Assembly (NCBI GenBank): GCA_963810275.1
Contig: CAWENF010000004.1
Location: forward strand, 32,001-96,000
DNA: 64,000 bases
Reading direction: 5' to 3'
DNA from: an uncultured archaeon
GTDB lineage: Archaea; Thermoproteota; Bathyarchaeia; Bathyarchaeales; Bathycorpusculaceae
Part shown: positions 18,280-28,410 of the stretch, piece by piece
Layout of the letters: every line of letters starts with the position of its first letter
Position numbering within the stretch: the stretch's first letter is position 1
Notes under the pieces: generated by a model
Database searches by the model: none
Seen by the model: the letters and a program-made list of their open reading frames with translations, nothing else
Told to the model about the DNA's origin: nothing
Program-made: the position numbers and the translations under genes

Positions 18280-19287
18280 TTAAGCCCTTAGCGGCGCCAG
18301 ATACACAATGATTGCCAGAGCCGCCAGTAGAGTTGCCAGAAGGATTATGGAGTAGGTGGAGCGGCGTCTTGCTTCACCTTTTTTGTAGTAGCCGCTTGGC
18401 GACACCCCCATGATGCGCAACATAAGCGTGCAGCCGAACTCAAGTCCGAAAAGGTAAACTAATGTCAAAATTAAAGCACCAAAAAATGCAATTTCGTTAA
18501 GATTTGCGAGTTCTATACCTGCGACGGTTGCGGGGGGAACCAGCGCCACGGATATGACAACGCCCAGCAGATTCTCGGGTAACGCCACGCGGAAAGCCAA
18601 CCCCGCCGACACGCCGATGACTAAGGCAATGAACACATCCAGTATACTGACTTGGGAGCGTATTGCGATTTGCTCGTTGGATATCGGAACCGAAATGAAC
18701 TGCTGCGCCACAAACGTCGCCAGTGCGGACAGCACAACAACCAGAACTATAAGCACTAACACGGTGAATTGGCTTGTCAGAAGCTTTTTTGGTTTGCCCA
18801 AATTCCCGTTAACAGCTATGGCGTTGACGGGTCCAAGCATGGGGGGTATGAGCATACCGCCGATAATGATAACCACATTGTTTAGCAGTAGCCCAGCTAA
18901 TGCGATAAGTGTTGCAAGCGCCGTCATAGCCACCAAATCCACGCGTAGCCGCGTATAGCGGTTAGTGCTCTCAACCAGCTTCTCAGTGGGGTTAGGCGCT
19001 GACTGAGACTTTGAGGCTTTTTCTTTGAGTCTATCCATAAAACTCGAAGTTACGCCCTCAACAGCCAGCAGACTTATCATGTTTTTCTTCTGGCGTAAAT
19101 CAACAGCTGGCGTAACATGATCCAAGGTTTTTTCTGCTAATTCGTCGGGAACCAGCGCAGAGTAGCTACTGCATTCTTCCCCCTCAACGTCCACGCTTGT
19201 ATGCACGTAGAGTAAGCCAAGGTCTTTTAGGGTTTCTTCAATCAGCGGCGCCTCTTTTTGAATGACGATAACTTCGATTTTTTTCAA
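18280..19287 (-). CDS. TIGR00341/DUF389 membrane protein
   Basis: IIIGGMLIPPMLGP and GVVISVALVPPA motifs; multiple TM helices. Confidence 0.8.
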   Translation of the reverse strand: MKKIEVIVIQKEAPLIEETLKDLGLLYVHTSVDVEGEECSSYSALVPDELAEKTLDHVTPAVDLRQKKNMISLLAVEGVTSSFMDRLKEKASKSQSAPNPTEKLVESTNRYTRLRVDLVAMTALATLIALAGLLLNNVVIIIGGMLIPPMLGPVNAIAVNGNLGKPKKLLTSQFTVLVLIVLVVVLSALATFVAQQFISVPISNEQIAIRSQVSILDVFIALVIGVSAGLAFRVALPENLLGVVISVALVPPATVAGIELANLNEIAFFGALILTLVYLFGLEFGCTLMLRIMGVSPSGYYKKGEARRRSTYSIILLATLLAALAIIVYLAPLRA

Positions 19288-19518
19288 AAAACATCACTAA
19301 AGAAGCTGGAAGTTTAATGACCAGAAATACCAAAATAGGACTCTCAAAGTAACATATATTTTTTTTCTTATAGTAGTGACCTGGTGGCTCTGCTTCCAAC
19401 ATACTAACTACAATAAGTAGGGAAGGGGAAGAATGTGCAATGGACAACAGAAGGCAGGCGAAATTGCTGTTTATAATACTAAAAAGATAAAACACACCCC
19501 AAACCCATACCGTAACTG

Positions 19519-22416
19519 ATGCAACCCCAAACCCCAAACGTTTACGCATTGCTCGCCAAACCTGTGCGGGACGCAGCCGCCCAACAGGGCCTAGTAGCGC
19601 CCACGTTGCCCCAAACCAAAGCCTTCCCACATATCCTCAACGGTGAAAACGTCTTGCTGATTGCGCCAACGGGCACAGGAAAAACCGAAGCCGTAATACT
19701 CCCAATTCTATCCAAACTGGTAGAACAGAAAGCGGAAAGCCCCCAACCCATCGGTATTCAGCTCCTTTACATCACTCCGCTGCGCGCCCTAAACCGCGAC
19801 ATGCTACGGCGGCTTATGCACTGGGGACAACAACTCAGCATCGGCGTGGAGGTCAGGCATGGTGACACCGAACAAAAAATCAGGCGCCTACAAGCCAAAA
19901 AACCACCCCAAATCCTCGTAACTACACCTGAAACCCTCCAAGCGATTCTTCCCGGACAGCAAATGCGCCGACACCTCAAAAATGTACAATGGGTGGTTGT
20001 GGACGAAGTTCACGACTTAGCTGGCAGCAAACGAGGCGCACAACTCTCGCTGGGACTGGAGCGGCTACGTATGGCAACGGCGAGTGAGTTCCAGCGCATC
20101 GGACTTTCAGCCACAATCGGCAACCCAAAAGAAATCGCCGCTTACCTTGCTGGAAGCCGCCGCAGAATCGCCGTCGTCAAAGTCTCAACAGAGAAGTGCT
20201 ACCGCTACACCGTAGAGTTCCCCACGCCAACAGACGCAGACTACGATTTAGCCGCCAAACTCGATGCTTCACCCGAAGCAGCAGCACGCATACACCGCAT
20301 CCTCGAACTTGTTGACTCGCACGTTTCCACATTAATTTTCGTTAACAGCCGCACGGTCGCCGAAGTACTCGGTCACAAACTGGCAACGCTGGGACGAGAG
20401 GATATTGCAGTGCATCATGGCTCTATCTCAAAAGAGGAACGTATCCAAATCGAGGACCAATTCAAAGCTGGGCAACTAAAAGCCATCATCTGCACGAGTA
20501 CGCTGGAGCTGGGTATCGACGTGGGGCAGGTGGATTTGGTGGTGCAGTACATGTCACCCCGCCAAGTTAGCAGTCTTGTTCAGCGGGTTGGACGAAGCGG
20601 ACACAGTCTTGGGCGTGAGTCAGAGGGTGTAATCGTAACGGTGTATCCTGACGATATGCTTGAGGCGTTGGCGTCAGTTAAGAACGCTAAAGCGGGGCTG
20701 GTGGAACCCATTGGGATGCATACTGGCGCGTTGGATGTTTTGGCGCATCAAATTGCTGGCACCCTGATGGATAGCGGGGACCCCCTAACCGTAGCGGAAA
20801 TAGGCACTCTCGTGCGCAGAAGCAGCCTCTACCGCCGCTTCTCCAAAACCCAGTTTTTGGACCTACTGCGCTTTTTAGACAGCCTCAACCAAATAAGATT
20901 AAACGAAGACGAGACAGTTTTGACTAAAACCAGAAAAACCCGACCCTACTACTATGAAAACCTATCAATGATACCAGATGAACGCCGCTACCCCGTCATA
21001 AACGTCATATCTGATTGCAAAATCGGCACTCTCGGAGACGAATTCATGGCTCTCCACGCCCGAATCGGATTGAGTTTTATCATGAAGGGCAAGGTTTGGC
21101 GTATTGTGCAGATCGAGGAGGAAGTGGGCATTGTTCATGTGGTGCCGTCTGAGGATCCGTTGGCGTCGGTTCCGGGTTGGGACGGCGAACTACTGCCTGT
21201 GTCTTTTGATTTGGCGCAACAAACCGGTAAGGATAGAGAAAAAATCGCTGCCACACTAAACCAGACGGGCTCAATGGAAGTAGCGTCGGAGATATTGTCT
21301 AAAGAGTTAGGTTCAGATAAAGCCAGCATGCAAAACGCCATCGCTGAAATACACGAACAAATCCAAAACAGTGCTCCTCTGCCCACACAAAACCACATTG
21401 TTTTAGAAGTCTATGACCGCTATCTCGTCGTACACGCCTGTTTTGGCGAACTTGTAAACAAAGCCTTGGGCGGAGTCTTCGACGCAGTGCTCTCTGAGCG
21501 GGAATTGATAAGCGGTTGGTGGACAGACGGCTACCGCATCCTAATTGAAGCCCCCAAAAAACTTAACAAATACGAACTCGCCAAGCTACCCGAAACACTC
21601 TTCAACCTATCCGACGATTTATTCGATGCCGCTTTCAACCGCTATCTTGACGCTAAATTCCCGTTTGGGTACAAAATGAAGTTTGTGGCAGAACGCTTCG
21701 GCGCCCTCCCACGGGGTAAAACGATGAGTTACCAGCGCCAAGCCGAACTCAAATCTCGTTTCGACAACACACCTATTCACCGCGAAACCATCCGCGAGGC
21801 GCTCATGGAAAAAGTTGACCTTGAAAAAGCCAAACAAGTCCTACACGGCATATCAGCAGGTAAAATCAAAGTCTCCACCTACCTAAGCCTCGAGAAGCCC
21901 TCACCATTAGCGTACCACATTTTGTCACGTTACAGTGAAGTCACCGAACTCAAGGCGCCCGAAAAAGTCATAGTGGACAACATTGGCAAACTTAAAATGG
22001 CTATAGACGCTCGAGAAGTCAAGCTGCTATGCATGAAGTGCGGCGAATGGACGACAACGCAGAAAATCCGTGACCTTCCCGAGGAACCCTGCTGCGGGAA
22101 CTGCGGATCAGGACTTTTGGCGCCTTTGTACCGCAGCCAAGACCTCGCTCACCTGCAGGATTCTTTGAAGCGACGGCGGGACGCTAAAGAGCTAACACCC
22201 GAAGAACTAAAAGAGCTTAGCCAAGCACGACGCAAAGCGGATTTGTTTTTAAGTTACGGCAAACAGGCGGCTCGTGCGATGCAGGTTAAGGGCGTGGGTC
22301 CAGAGACGGCGTCGCGAATACTGGGCAAGATGCATCCCGACGAGGATACGTTCTATTTGGATTTGCTTAAGGCAAAGATTCAGTTTTTGCGAACAAGAGA
22401 ATACTGGGATAAATAG
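19519..22416 (+). CDS. lhr: Lhr-family SF2 (DEVH) helicase with C-terminal Zn ribbon/HhH
   Basis: APTGTGKT, ITPLRALNRD, DEVH, GLSAT, TSTLELGID, QRVGRSGH; CMKC and CCGNC; GVGPETA. Confidence 0.9.
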   Translation: MQPQTPNVYALLAKPVRDAAAQQGLVAPTLPQTKAFPHILNGENVLLIAPTGTGKTEAVILPILSKLVEQKAESPQPIGIQLLYITPLRALNRDMLRRLMHWGQQLSIGVEVRHGDTEQKIRRLQAKKPPQILVTTPETLQAILPGQQMRRHLKNVQWVVVDEVHDLAGSKRGAQLSLGLERLRMATASEFQRIGLSATIGNPKEIAAYLAGSRRRIAVVKVSTEKCYRYTVEFPTPTDADYDLAAKLDASPEAAARIHRILELVDSHVSTLIFVNSRTVAEVLGHKLATLGREDIAVHHGSISKEERIQIEDQFKAGQLKAIICTSTLELGIDVGQVDLVVQYMSPRQVSSLVQRVGRSGHSLGRESEGVIVTVYPDDMLEALASVKNAKAGLVEPIGMHTGALDVLAHQIAGTLMDSGDPLTVAEIGTLVRRSSLYRRFSKTQFLDLLRFLDSLNQIRLNEDETVLTKTRKTRPYYYENLSMIPDERRYPVINVISDCKIGTLGDEFMALHARIGLSFIMKGKVWRIVQIEEEVGIVHVVPSEDPLASVPGWDGELLPVSFDLAQQTGKDREKIAATLNQTGSMEVASEILSKELGSDKASMQNAIAEIHEQIQNSAPLPTQNHIVLEVYDRYLVVHACFGELVNKALGGVFDAVLSERELISGWWTDGYRILIEAPKKLNKYELAKLPETLFNLSDDLFDAAFNRYLDAKFPFGYKMKFVAERFGALPRGKTMSYQRQAELKSRFDNTPIHRETIREALMEKVDLEKAKQVLHGISAGKIKVSTYLSLEKPSPLAYHILSRYSEVTELKAPEKVIVDNIGKLKMAIDAREVKLLCMKCGEWTTTQKIRDLPEEPCCGNCGSGLLAPLYRSQDLAHLQDSLKRRRDAKELTPEELKELSQARRKADLFLSYGKQAARAMQVKGVGPETASRILGKMHPDEDTFYLDLLKAKIQFLRTREYWDK

Positions 22417-22475
22417 CTGGGTTTGTGCGATAAGGATTTTAAGGTTTCAACCCGTTTACTGTTAAGGAACCTTTC

Positions 22476-23201
22476 ATGTCCATCAAAGTTGTCCTCTTCG
22501 ACATGTTCGATACACTTATGCTTATTGAGAAAGACCACGAATTTTACCAGCCTGCTCTTCAACGCGCCCACCACTACCTACAAAACCATGGTGTGACAGT
22601 GGCTTACGAGCGGTTCCAAGCAGTATACATAGAGGAGCGAGACAAGCTCTATGCCCAAGCGGACGCCAAACTTGAGGAACCCCACTTTAACGTCCGCTTC
22701 GCCAAAACGCTACAGAAACTCGGCTACAACTATGACGACCAAGACCCTGTTGTGGCTGCGGCGACTTGCGAGTTCGGCGATGAATTCAGCAAATACGTTA
22801 AAATAGACGAGAACGCAGCTGCCACGCTCGAGGTGCTTAGCGGCAAGTTCCGGCTGGGTTTAGTCTCAAACTTTGCCATCCCCGAAACTGTAGATAAACT
22901 CCTAAAAGTCGCCGGCATCTACCGCTACTTTGATGTCCTTGTGGTTTCGGGGGCAGTTAACAAACGCAAACCCCACCCCCGAATATTCCAAGCTGCTCTT
23001 GAACCCTTGGGTGTTGAGGCGGCAGAGGCAGTTTTTGTAGGTGACACTGTGGACGCTGACGTGGAAGGCCCTAAAGCAGTCGGCATGCACGCCATCTACA
23101 TTGAACGTCGAACCCAGAAAATAGAAAAGTCAGTCCCTGACAAAATAATCAAAACGCTTTCAGAGTTGCCTTTGGCAATTAGTAGCTTAACTGAAAATTA
23201 G
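22476..23201 (+). CDS. HAD-superfamily hydrolase
   Basis: FDMFDTL, VSN, KPHPRIF, FVGDTVDAD. Confidence 0.88.
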   Translation: MSIKVVLFDMFDTLMLIEKDHEFYQPALQRAHHYLQNHGVTVAYERFQAVYIEERDKLYAQADAKLEEPHFNVRFAKTLQKLGYNYDDQDPVVAAATCEFGDEFSKYVKIDENAAATLEVLSGKFRLGLVSNFAIPETVDKLLKVAGIYRYFDVLVVSGAVNKRKPHPRIFQAALEPLGVEAAEAVFVGDTVDADVEGPKAVGMHAIYIERRTQKIEKSVPDKIIKTLSELPLAISSLTEN

Positions 23202-23530
23202 AATACGCTTGATTTCTTATCTGAGTTTTTCCCTATGAGTTTTAGGAGTTCTCGATGGGTTTGGAGGTAATCCATGCCTTTTTGGGTGATTTCGTATATT
23301 TCTTTGTCGTGGATGACTATTTGGGTGATTAGTTCTTTCTTTATAAGAAAATCGAGGTAACCGTTTAGTAGGGTGTAGCTTAGGTTTGCTTGGTACATGA
23401 TCTGAGTTTTGAGGGCGCCTTTTTTTGAGATTTCAAGCATTTTGGCAATTATGCTTACTTGATCTCTTCTGTGACGTTTTGTATCGAGCAAATCCTGTGT
23501 GCACCGATATATGCCAAATCGTACGGACAT
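23198..23530 (-). CDS. archaeal winged-helix protein (HTH_45/DUF4364-like)
   Basis: RRDQVSIIAKML...KTQIMYQANLSY...YEITQKG. Confidence 0.8.
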   Translation of the reverse strand: MSVRFGIYRCTQDLLDTKRHRRDQVSIIAKMLEISKKGALKTQIMYQANLSYTLLNGYLDFLIKKELITQIVIHDKEIYEITQKGMDYLQTHRELLKLIGKNSDKKSSVF

Positions 23531-23663
23531 TACTTATATATTTTTCATTAGATATAATATGGCTAAGCAAAAGCATGATCTATTTTTTAATGTGTCTATA
23601 TATAATGGATTTTCCCTGTTCATATTATGAAGAAAACCTTTAGTAATAATAAATGGTGAAAAA

Positions 23664-24161
23664 ATGTTAATTGGCACAGTATCTGACTCACACGACAACC
23701 TTCCCCTTATTGACCGAGCAGTCCAAATTCTAAACATCTACAAAACAGACTTGGTACTACACGCAGGCGACTACGTCTCACCCTTCACAATTTCCCACTT
23801 TGCCAAACTCAACTGCCCCTTAATCGGCGTGTTCGGAAACAACGATGGCGACCACGCATTTTTAAAACAACGCTTCAGCGAAACCAAAAATTGTACGCTA
23901 CATGAACGGTTCACAACCCTAAACGTAGAAGGCTACAAAATCGCTCTGCTGCACGGACACGAAACTGAACTTTTAAACACTATAATCGAAGCAGGAACTT
24001 TCAACGCCGTCGTACATGGTCATAGCCACAACAAAGGCATTTCTCAAGTAGGAAAAACATTGACAGTGAACCCTGGCGAACTTTGTGGGTACCTCACTGG
24101 AAAATCCACTGTTGCAGTGCTGGATACCTCTAGAAACGTAGCCCAAATTGTTGAACTTTAA
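23664..24161 (+). CDS. MJ0936/YfcE-type metallophosphoesterase
   Basis: SDSHDN, HAGD, GNND, HG, GHSH, NPG. Confidence 0.9.
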   Translation: MLIGTVSDSHDNLPLIDRAVQILNIYKTDLVLHAGDYVSPFTISHFAKLNCPLIGVFGNNDGDHAFLKQRFSETKNCTLHERFTTLNVEGYKIALLHGHETELLNTIIEAGTFNAVVHGHSHNKGISQVGKTLTVNPGELCGYLTGKSTVAVLDTSRNVAQIVEL

Positions 24162-24386
24162 AGCTGTGTTTCTGTAAAGTTTCAGTCACATAGCTTTATG
24201 TAAACAGCATACCCTTACGGACCACAGTAGCATTTGGAGAATGGCTGTTTCGGTTCGAAACCTTGAAAACAAAAAGGCAAAATGACTGTTGAGAAAGCTG
24301 CACACATGAGTGGGCATAAAGTTAATAAGCTTGTTGAAGAAGCAAATCGCACGAACAGGAATGACCCTAAGAAGGTTCTAAATGAT

Positions 24387-24647
24387 TCATGGGTTTTCCC
24401 ACGTCTCGATAAGCGCTACCACGGCTTTGGCCCTAGCTGAGTCGCTGAAGCGGTACATATGTACGCGGCCGTACACCCGCACCTCCAGTATCCCTTCGGT
24501 TTCCAAAATTTTTAGGTGCTCCGCGGTTGCTGAGTAGTTCATATTTATTTTGCTAGCGATTTTTGAAACGTTTAGCTGTTGCAAAGTGTAGATTAACTTA
24601 AGAATTCTCATGCGGGGCTTAGACGAGAAGACCTCTTCAATCTCCAC
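24387..24647 (-). CDS. small ArsR-like winged-helix protein coupled to cdc6
   Basis: EEVFSSKPRMRILKL...HLKILETEGIL; GTG start overlaps the cdc6 stop. Confidence 0.75.
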   Translation of the reverse strand: MEIEEVFSSKPRMRILKLIYTLQQLNVSKIASKINMNYSATAEHLKILETEGILEVRVYGRVHMYRFSDSARAKAVVALIETWENP

Positions 24648-25851
24648 GCCCAGCACCTTTCTCTCTTTCCAGATTCGCCGCCATTTCCCGCTCCAACTCC
24701 ACAGATGGAATCGTGGGTAAACTAATGCGGTTAGTGCGTCCTCGCGACTCCGAAGCGCCTACTTCAGTTTTTAAAACCCCGAGTTTGTCAAGATACTGTA
24801 CGTAATTCCAGATTTGCGTGTGACTTTTAGTGGACTCCTCAAATTCCTCGCAGACTACACCATAAGCTTTCTCTGCTTCGCCAATGCTGACGTAGGCTTC
24901 AGGGTTCTCTTTAAAGTACCGTGCGATTGCGAGCAGGAATAGTTTTTCGTGGAAACTCAACGAGGCGAGTTCGCTGCGACGCAGTGTGGGGACAATGGCT
25001 GAGACTGCGTTTCGGACGCATTCAGCCGCCACCGCCGATAAGTCGGCTGCATCGGCGTATTTACCCGCTCGCCATAACAACTCGATGCCGAAGCGTGCGT
25101 TGCCCGTCTCCGAGTGTGCCAACTCAGCCACCAAATCTACCACGTCATCGTCTACTGTGCCCAACTCGAACGCTAAAGCGACGCGACAGTTTAGGATATC
25201 AATAAGCTGGGGTTTGCCATAGCGTTCCAACCGGATGATACTTCTTTGCAGTGTACTTTGGGCGCTTTCGTCAAGCTTCCTAATAGCCTCCAAGTTGCGC
25301 ATGATAAAAATGAACGAGAGGCGCTGAGGTTTGCCCTGCCGCATCTCTGACAGCCTCGTCAACTTGTAAACCGCGTCTGAGCCTTCTTTTTCGATTAGGC
25401 TGTCAAACTCGTCCAGCGCAAGAACCATCGTTGCCTCTTCCTCATCAAGCACTTGCATTAGAGTGCCCATGATTTCTTCAGCACCATATCCGCGTGCAGG
25501 GAAGTTTGGGCGAAACACAGAAACCGCTCTATGCATAATGGGCTGCAGGGCGCCGCGAAATTCGCGACAATTAACATGTACATAATTAAATTTTTGTCCT
25601 CTACGTCGAGACTGCGAAGTCAGATCTGCACCGAAATGCTGCGCCAACGCCGTTTTGCCTGTACCAACATCACCCGTCAAAATCACTCGTTGCGCCATAC
25701 GGTCGGGACAATGCAATACGAACCCGAAAAACTCCATTAGAAGACGTTGTTCTTTTTCGCGGTGCGGCAGCTCTGCTGGAATGTAGTTTATGTCCAGTTT
25801 CGATTCATCTTTGAATACAGTTTGGCGCGCTGCCACTTTTATGGTCTCCAT
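24637..25851 (-). CDS. cdc6: Orc1/Cdc6 replication initiator
   Basis: YIPAELPHRE, Walker A GDVGTGKT, Walker B LDEFD, GNAR sensor, C-terminal WH with RGRT. Confidence 0.95.
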   Translation of the reverse strand: METIKVAARQTVFKDESKLDINYIPAELPHREKEQRLLMEFFGFVLHCPDRMAQRVILTGDVGTGKTALAQHFGADLTSQSRRRGQKFNYVHVNCREFRGALQPIMHRAVSVFRPNFPARGYGAEEIMGTLMQVLDEEEATMVLALDEFDSLIEKEGSDAVYKLTRLSEMRQGKPQRLSFIFIMRNLEAIRKLDESAQSTLQRSIIRLERYGKPQLIDILNCRVALAFELGTVDDDVVDLVAELAHSETGNARFGIELLWRAGKYADAADLSAVAAECVRNAVSAIVPTLRRSELASLSFHEKLFLLAIARYFKENPEAYVSIGEAEKAYGVVCEEFEESTKSHTQIWNYVQYLDKLGVLKTEVGASESRGRTNRISLPTIPSVELEREMAANLEREKGAGRGD

Positions 25852-25854
25852 GAT

Positions 25855-25956
25855 AGCTGTTGCAGTTTGGTTATTTTACGTTTTGGAATTCAAGAACCTT
25901 TTAGGCTTAGCAACCCCAGATTAAGGTGGGGTGTAACCTTTATAACTGCAACAGCT
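25855..25956. repeat. 13-bp perfect inverted repeat pair upstream of cdc6
   Basis: AGCTGTTGCAGTT (25855-25867) and AACTGCAACAGCT (25944-25956). Confidence 0.75.
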
Positions 25957-26205
25957 GAATTGATGAAGCAAACAGGCAAACCCTTTACATGTGATACGGC
26001 TATGTATACGATGTTTGATTGGGTCCCAGAGATTTTGTCGCTTACCCTGAACAATCCAAGCTAAGGTAACGAGTAACCCGCCCCGCAACCCTAATCTACC
26101 ATGTTTTGGTATCTACAAAACGTTTCTAGACCGTCAAATTTGAGTGTGATTTCTAAACAAAACACTAATAAATGAATACTGCAATCCATATTTTCCGACA
26201 CAGCA

Positions 26206-26772
26206 ATGATACCGAAATATTTCTTTTTCACAAAAGGTGTTGGTAAACACAAAGAACAACTCCAATCATTCGAACTCGCACTACGCGACGCAGGCATCCA
26301 GCATTGTAACCTAGTCAGCGTGTCCAGTATCGTGCCTCCAGGCTGCAAACTTGTCACCCGCGAAAAAGGACTAGAAATGATTCACCCAGGCGAAATCACC
26401 TTTGTGGTCATTGCACGTAACGCAACTAACGAACCTCACCGTCTGGTAGCTTCCTCTATCGGCGTAGCTATTCCATCTGGCAAAAACCAGTACGGCTACC
26501 TGTCTGAGCACCACAGCTTTGGACAAACCGACGAAACAGCAGGCGACTACGCTGAAGACCTCGCAGCCACAATGTTAGCCACTACAATGGGCATTCAATT
26601 CGATCCCGAAACAGCATGGGATGAACGCAAAAAAATCTTCAAAACCACCGGTTTAATCATAAAAACCGACAACACCACCCAATCTGCTGCAGGCGACAAG
26701 AATGGACTTTGGACCACCACAGTTGCAGCAGCGGTACTTGTTCCTCCAGAAAACGGAGAAATAAAAGATTAA
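26206..26772 (+). CDS. pdaD: pyruvoyl-dependent arginine decarboxylase
   Basis: [23 protein letters not shown] (Ser-Ser cleavage site); GYLSEHH. Confidence 0.93.
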   Translation: MIPKYFFFTKGVGKHKEQLQSFELALRDAGIQHCNLVSVSSIVPPGCKLVTREKGLEMIHPGEITFVVIARNATNEPHRLVASSIGVAIPSGKNQYGYLSEHHSFGQTDETAGDYAEDLAATMLATTMGIQFDPETAWDERKKIFKTTGLIIKTDNTTQSAAGDKNGLWTTTVAAAVLVPPENGEIKD

Positions 26773-26789
26773 AAAGAAAAGACAAACTA

Positions 26790-26818
26790 AGCAAGTCTTT
26801 GGGACTTGCTAATTTTCT
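26790..26818 (+). terminator. hairpin plus T-tract after pdaD
   Basis: AGCAAGTC-TTTGG-GACTTGCT followed by AATTTTCT. Confidence 0.5.
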
Positions 26819-27011
26819 CAGCCTTTAATATATCGTTTTCTTGTAGCTGTTTATTCTTTCAAATTCCATACATAAATATGCTGGAAATTCTTTTGACCTA
26901 TGAAAGGTTCCATTGCTCGATGCTTTTACACCGTCTTTTTTGTTTCCTTGGCAGTGAAGCGGGGATTAATACAATCCAAAGATGATACATACAAAATAAC
27001 TGGTATTCTTG

Positions 27012-27797
27012 TTAATTTAAATGGAAGAATGATTCCAATCTTGAGTTTTCGGCTTTCTTCAGTACTTTTGCGCATTCTTTGGGGTTTAAGGCTTTAAACT
27101 CCAGTCCCATCTGTTCTAGTATCCGTTGCACGTCTTTACCTAGCGCTGGCGCCACGAGGACTGCGCGAACCGGCTTTGTGGCTTTCGCTTTAATCGGCTC
27201 AATGTACTTTGCCAATTGGAGGGCTGCTTCTTTAGATGCAGTTCTGCGCTTCACCTCGACGATTACAAGTTTGCCGTTCTTATCTTCGCCGTATATGTCT
27301 ACGAAGCCGGGTTCCACATGCTTCTCCCAGCTAATCGGCTTAAACCCTTCCTCAAGCAGCGACGGCTTAAGCAGAATCGCCCTGTGCATGTCATCTTCAC
27401 TGGCGTGCAACGTAAATTCGCCGCTGTCTTGAAGATTTAGAGCGGTTACTCCAATGATGGTTTTAAATGTGACTTTTACGCTTTCGCGGGGCTTCTGGCG
27501 AACCCCATGAACTTCAAGTGTGCCATCTTTGATTTCTACATGGAACACGCTGCCGCTGGGCTGCCAATTCACCGGTTCATACCCTACAGGGCGATGCACA
27601 AGCAGGCTGCCATCAGATTTCACAATTAGCAGCCGTTCACCATACTCTAACGTCGAGTTTGCCCGACCAGCATAAACCACTCTGCACTCGCCAGCAACCA
27701 CCAGTGTTCTGCGTTGCGCAATCGTTTTTTCGATGTTTACTGCTGCTTCAGCTAACTCGGGATGTGTTAAACATGCAACTTTGTTGCTTACCGCCAA
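27012..27797 (-). CDS. nucS: endonuclease NucS/EndoMS
   Basis: YAGRANSTL, KSDGSLLVH, PVNWQP, VDIYG...VEVKR...QLAKY; probable TTG start at 27797 after AGGTGG. Confidence 0.92.
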   Translation of the reverse strand: MAVSNKVACLTHPELAEAAVNIEKTIAQRRTLVVAGECRVVYAGRANSTLEYGERLLIVKSDGSLLVHRPVGYEPVNWQPSGSVFHVEIKDGTLEVHGVRQKPRESVKVTFKTIIGVTALNLQDSGEFTLHASEDDMHRAILLKPSLLEEGFKPISWEKHVEPGFVDIYGEDKNGKLVIVEVKRRTASKEAALQLAKYIEPIKAKATKPVRAVLVAPALGKDVQRILEQMGLEFKALNPKECAKVLKKAENSRLESFFHLN

Positions 27798-27858
27798 ATT
27801 GATGCGCCACCTATTTAGGATGCATTGAGGGTACATAAGATTTCTTGAGGTAAACAAG

Positions 27859-28410
27859 TTGTCGGCTTGGATCCAGAAGCGGGGCGTAATGGAACGTTAC
27901 GACGCAACATCGGAGGGTTACGATGAGCTCTACGGGGCGGAGCAGAAACGAAAATTCCAAAAAGCCTTGGAGCATGCAGATGCGAAAGGCAAGGCGGTTC
28001 TGGACGTGGGGTGTGGCAGCGGCTTGTTCTTCAGTAACGTAGCGGGGCAAGCCCAGTTGGTGGTTGGAGTCGACGTTTCTCGTGGTCTTCTAAAAAAAGC
28101 CAAAATGCATAGTCGTGGCTTTGGCGATGTCGAAGTGATTTTGGCGGATGCTGATCATTTGCCATTCCGAGCTGAGTTTTTCGGCGCAGTTTTTGCTTTT
28201 ACTGTTTTGCAGAATATGCCTAAACCCGAAGAAACATTGAGTGAGTTCAAGCGGGTTTCCTCAGTGGGGCGCCCAGTTGTAGTGACAGGCCTGAAAAAAG
28301 CGTTCGAACTGACAAAATTCATGGACATCCTCGAAACAAGCGGTATGAAGCTTGCAGCGTTTGTAGACGAGGACGCCATTAACTGTTATATCGCAACATT
28401 AACCGCTTAA
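27859..28410 (+). CDS. class I SAM-dependent methyltransferase
   Basis: VLDVGCGSG, GVDVS, ADADHLPF. Confidence 0.85.
   Translation: MSAWIQKRGVMERYDATSEGYDELYGAEQKRKFQKALEHADAKGKAVLDVGCGSGLFFSNVAGQAQLVVGVDVSRGLLKKAKMHSRGFGDVEVILADADHLPFRAEFFGAVFAFTVLQNMPKPEETLSEFKRVSSVGRPVVVTGLKKAFELTKFMDILETSGMKLAAFVDEDAINCYIATLTA

Noticed and set aside
24282-24440. Small plus-strand ORF (MTVEKAAHM...)
   Set aside because: It overlaps the 3' end of the wHTH gene by about 50 nt and has no recognisable motif
25960-26050. Possible C/D box sRNA (TTGATGA...CTGA)
   Set aside because: The boxes are about 90 nt apart with no convincing D'/C' pair or terminal stem
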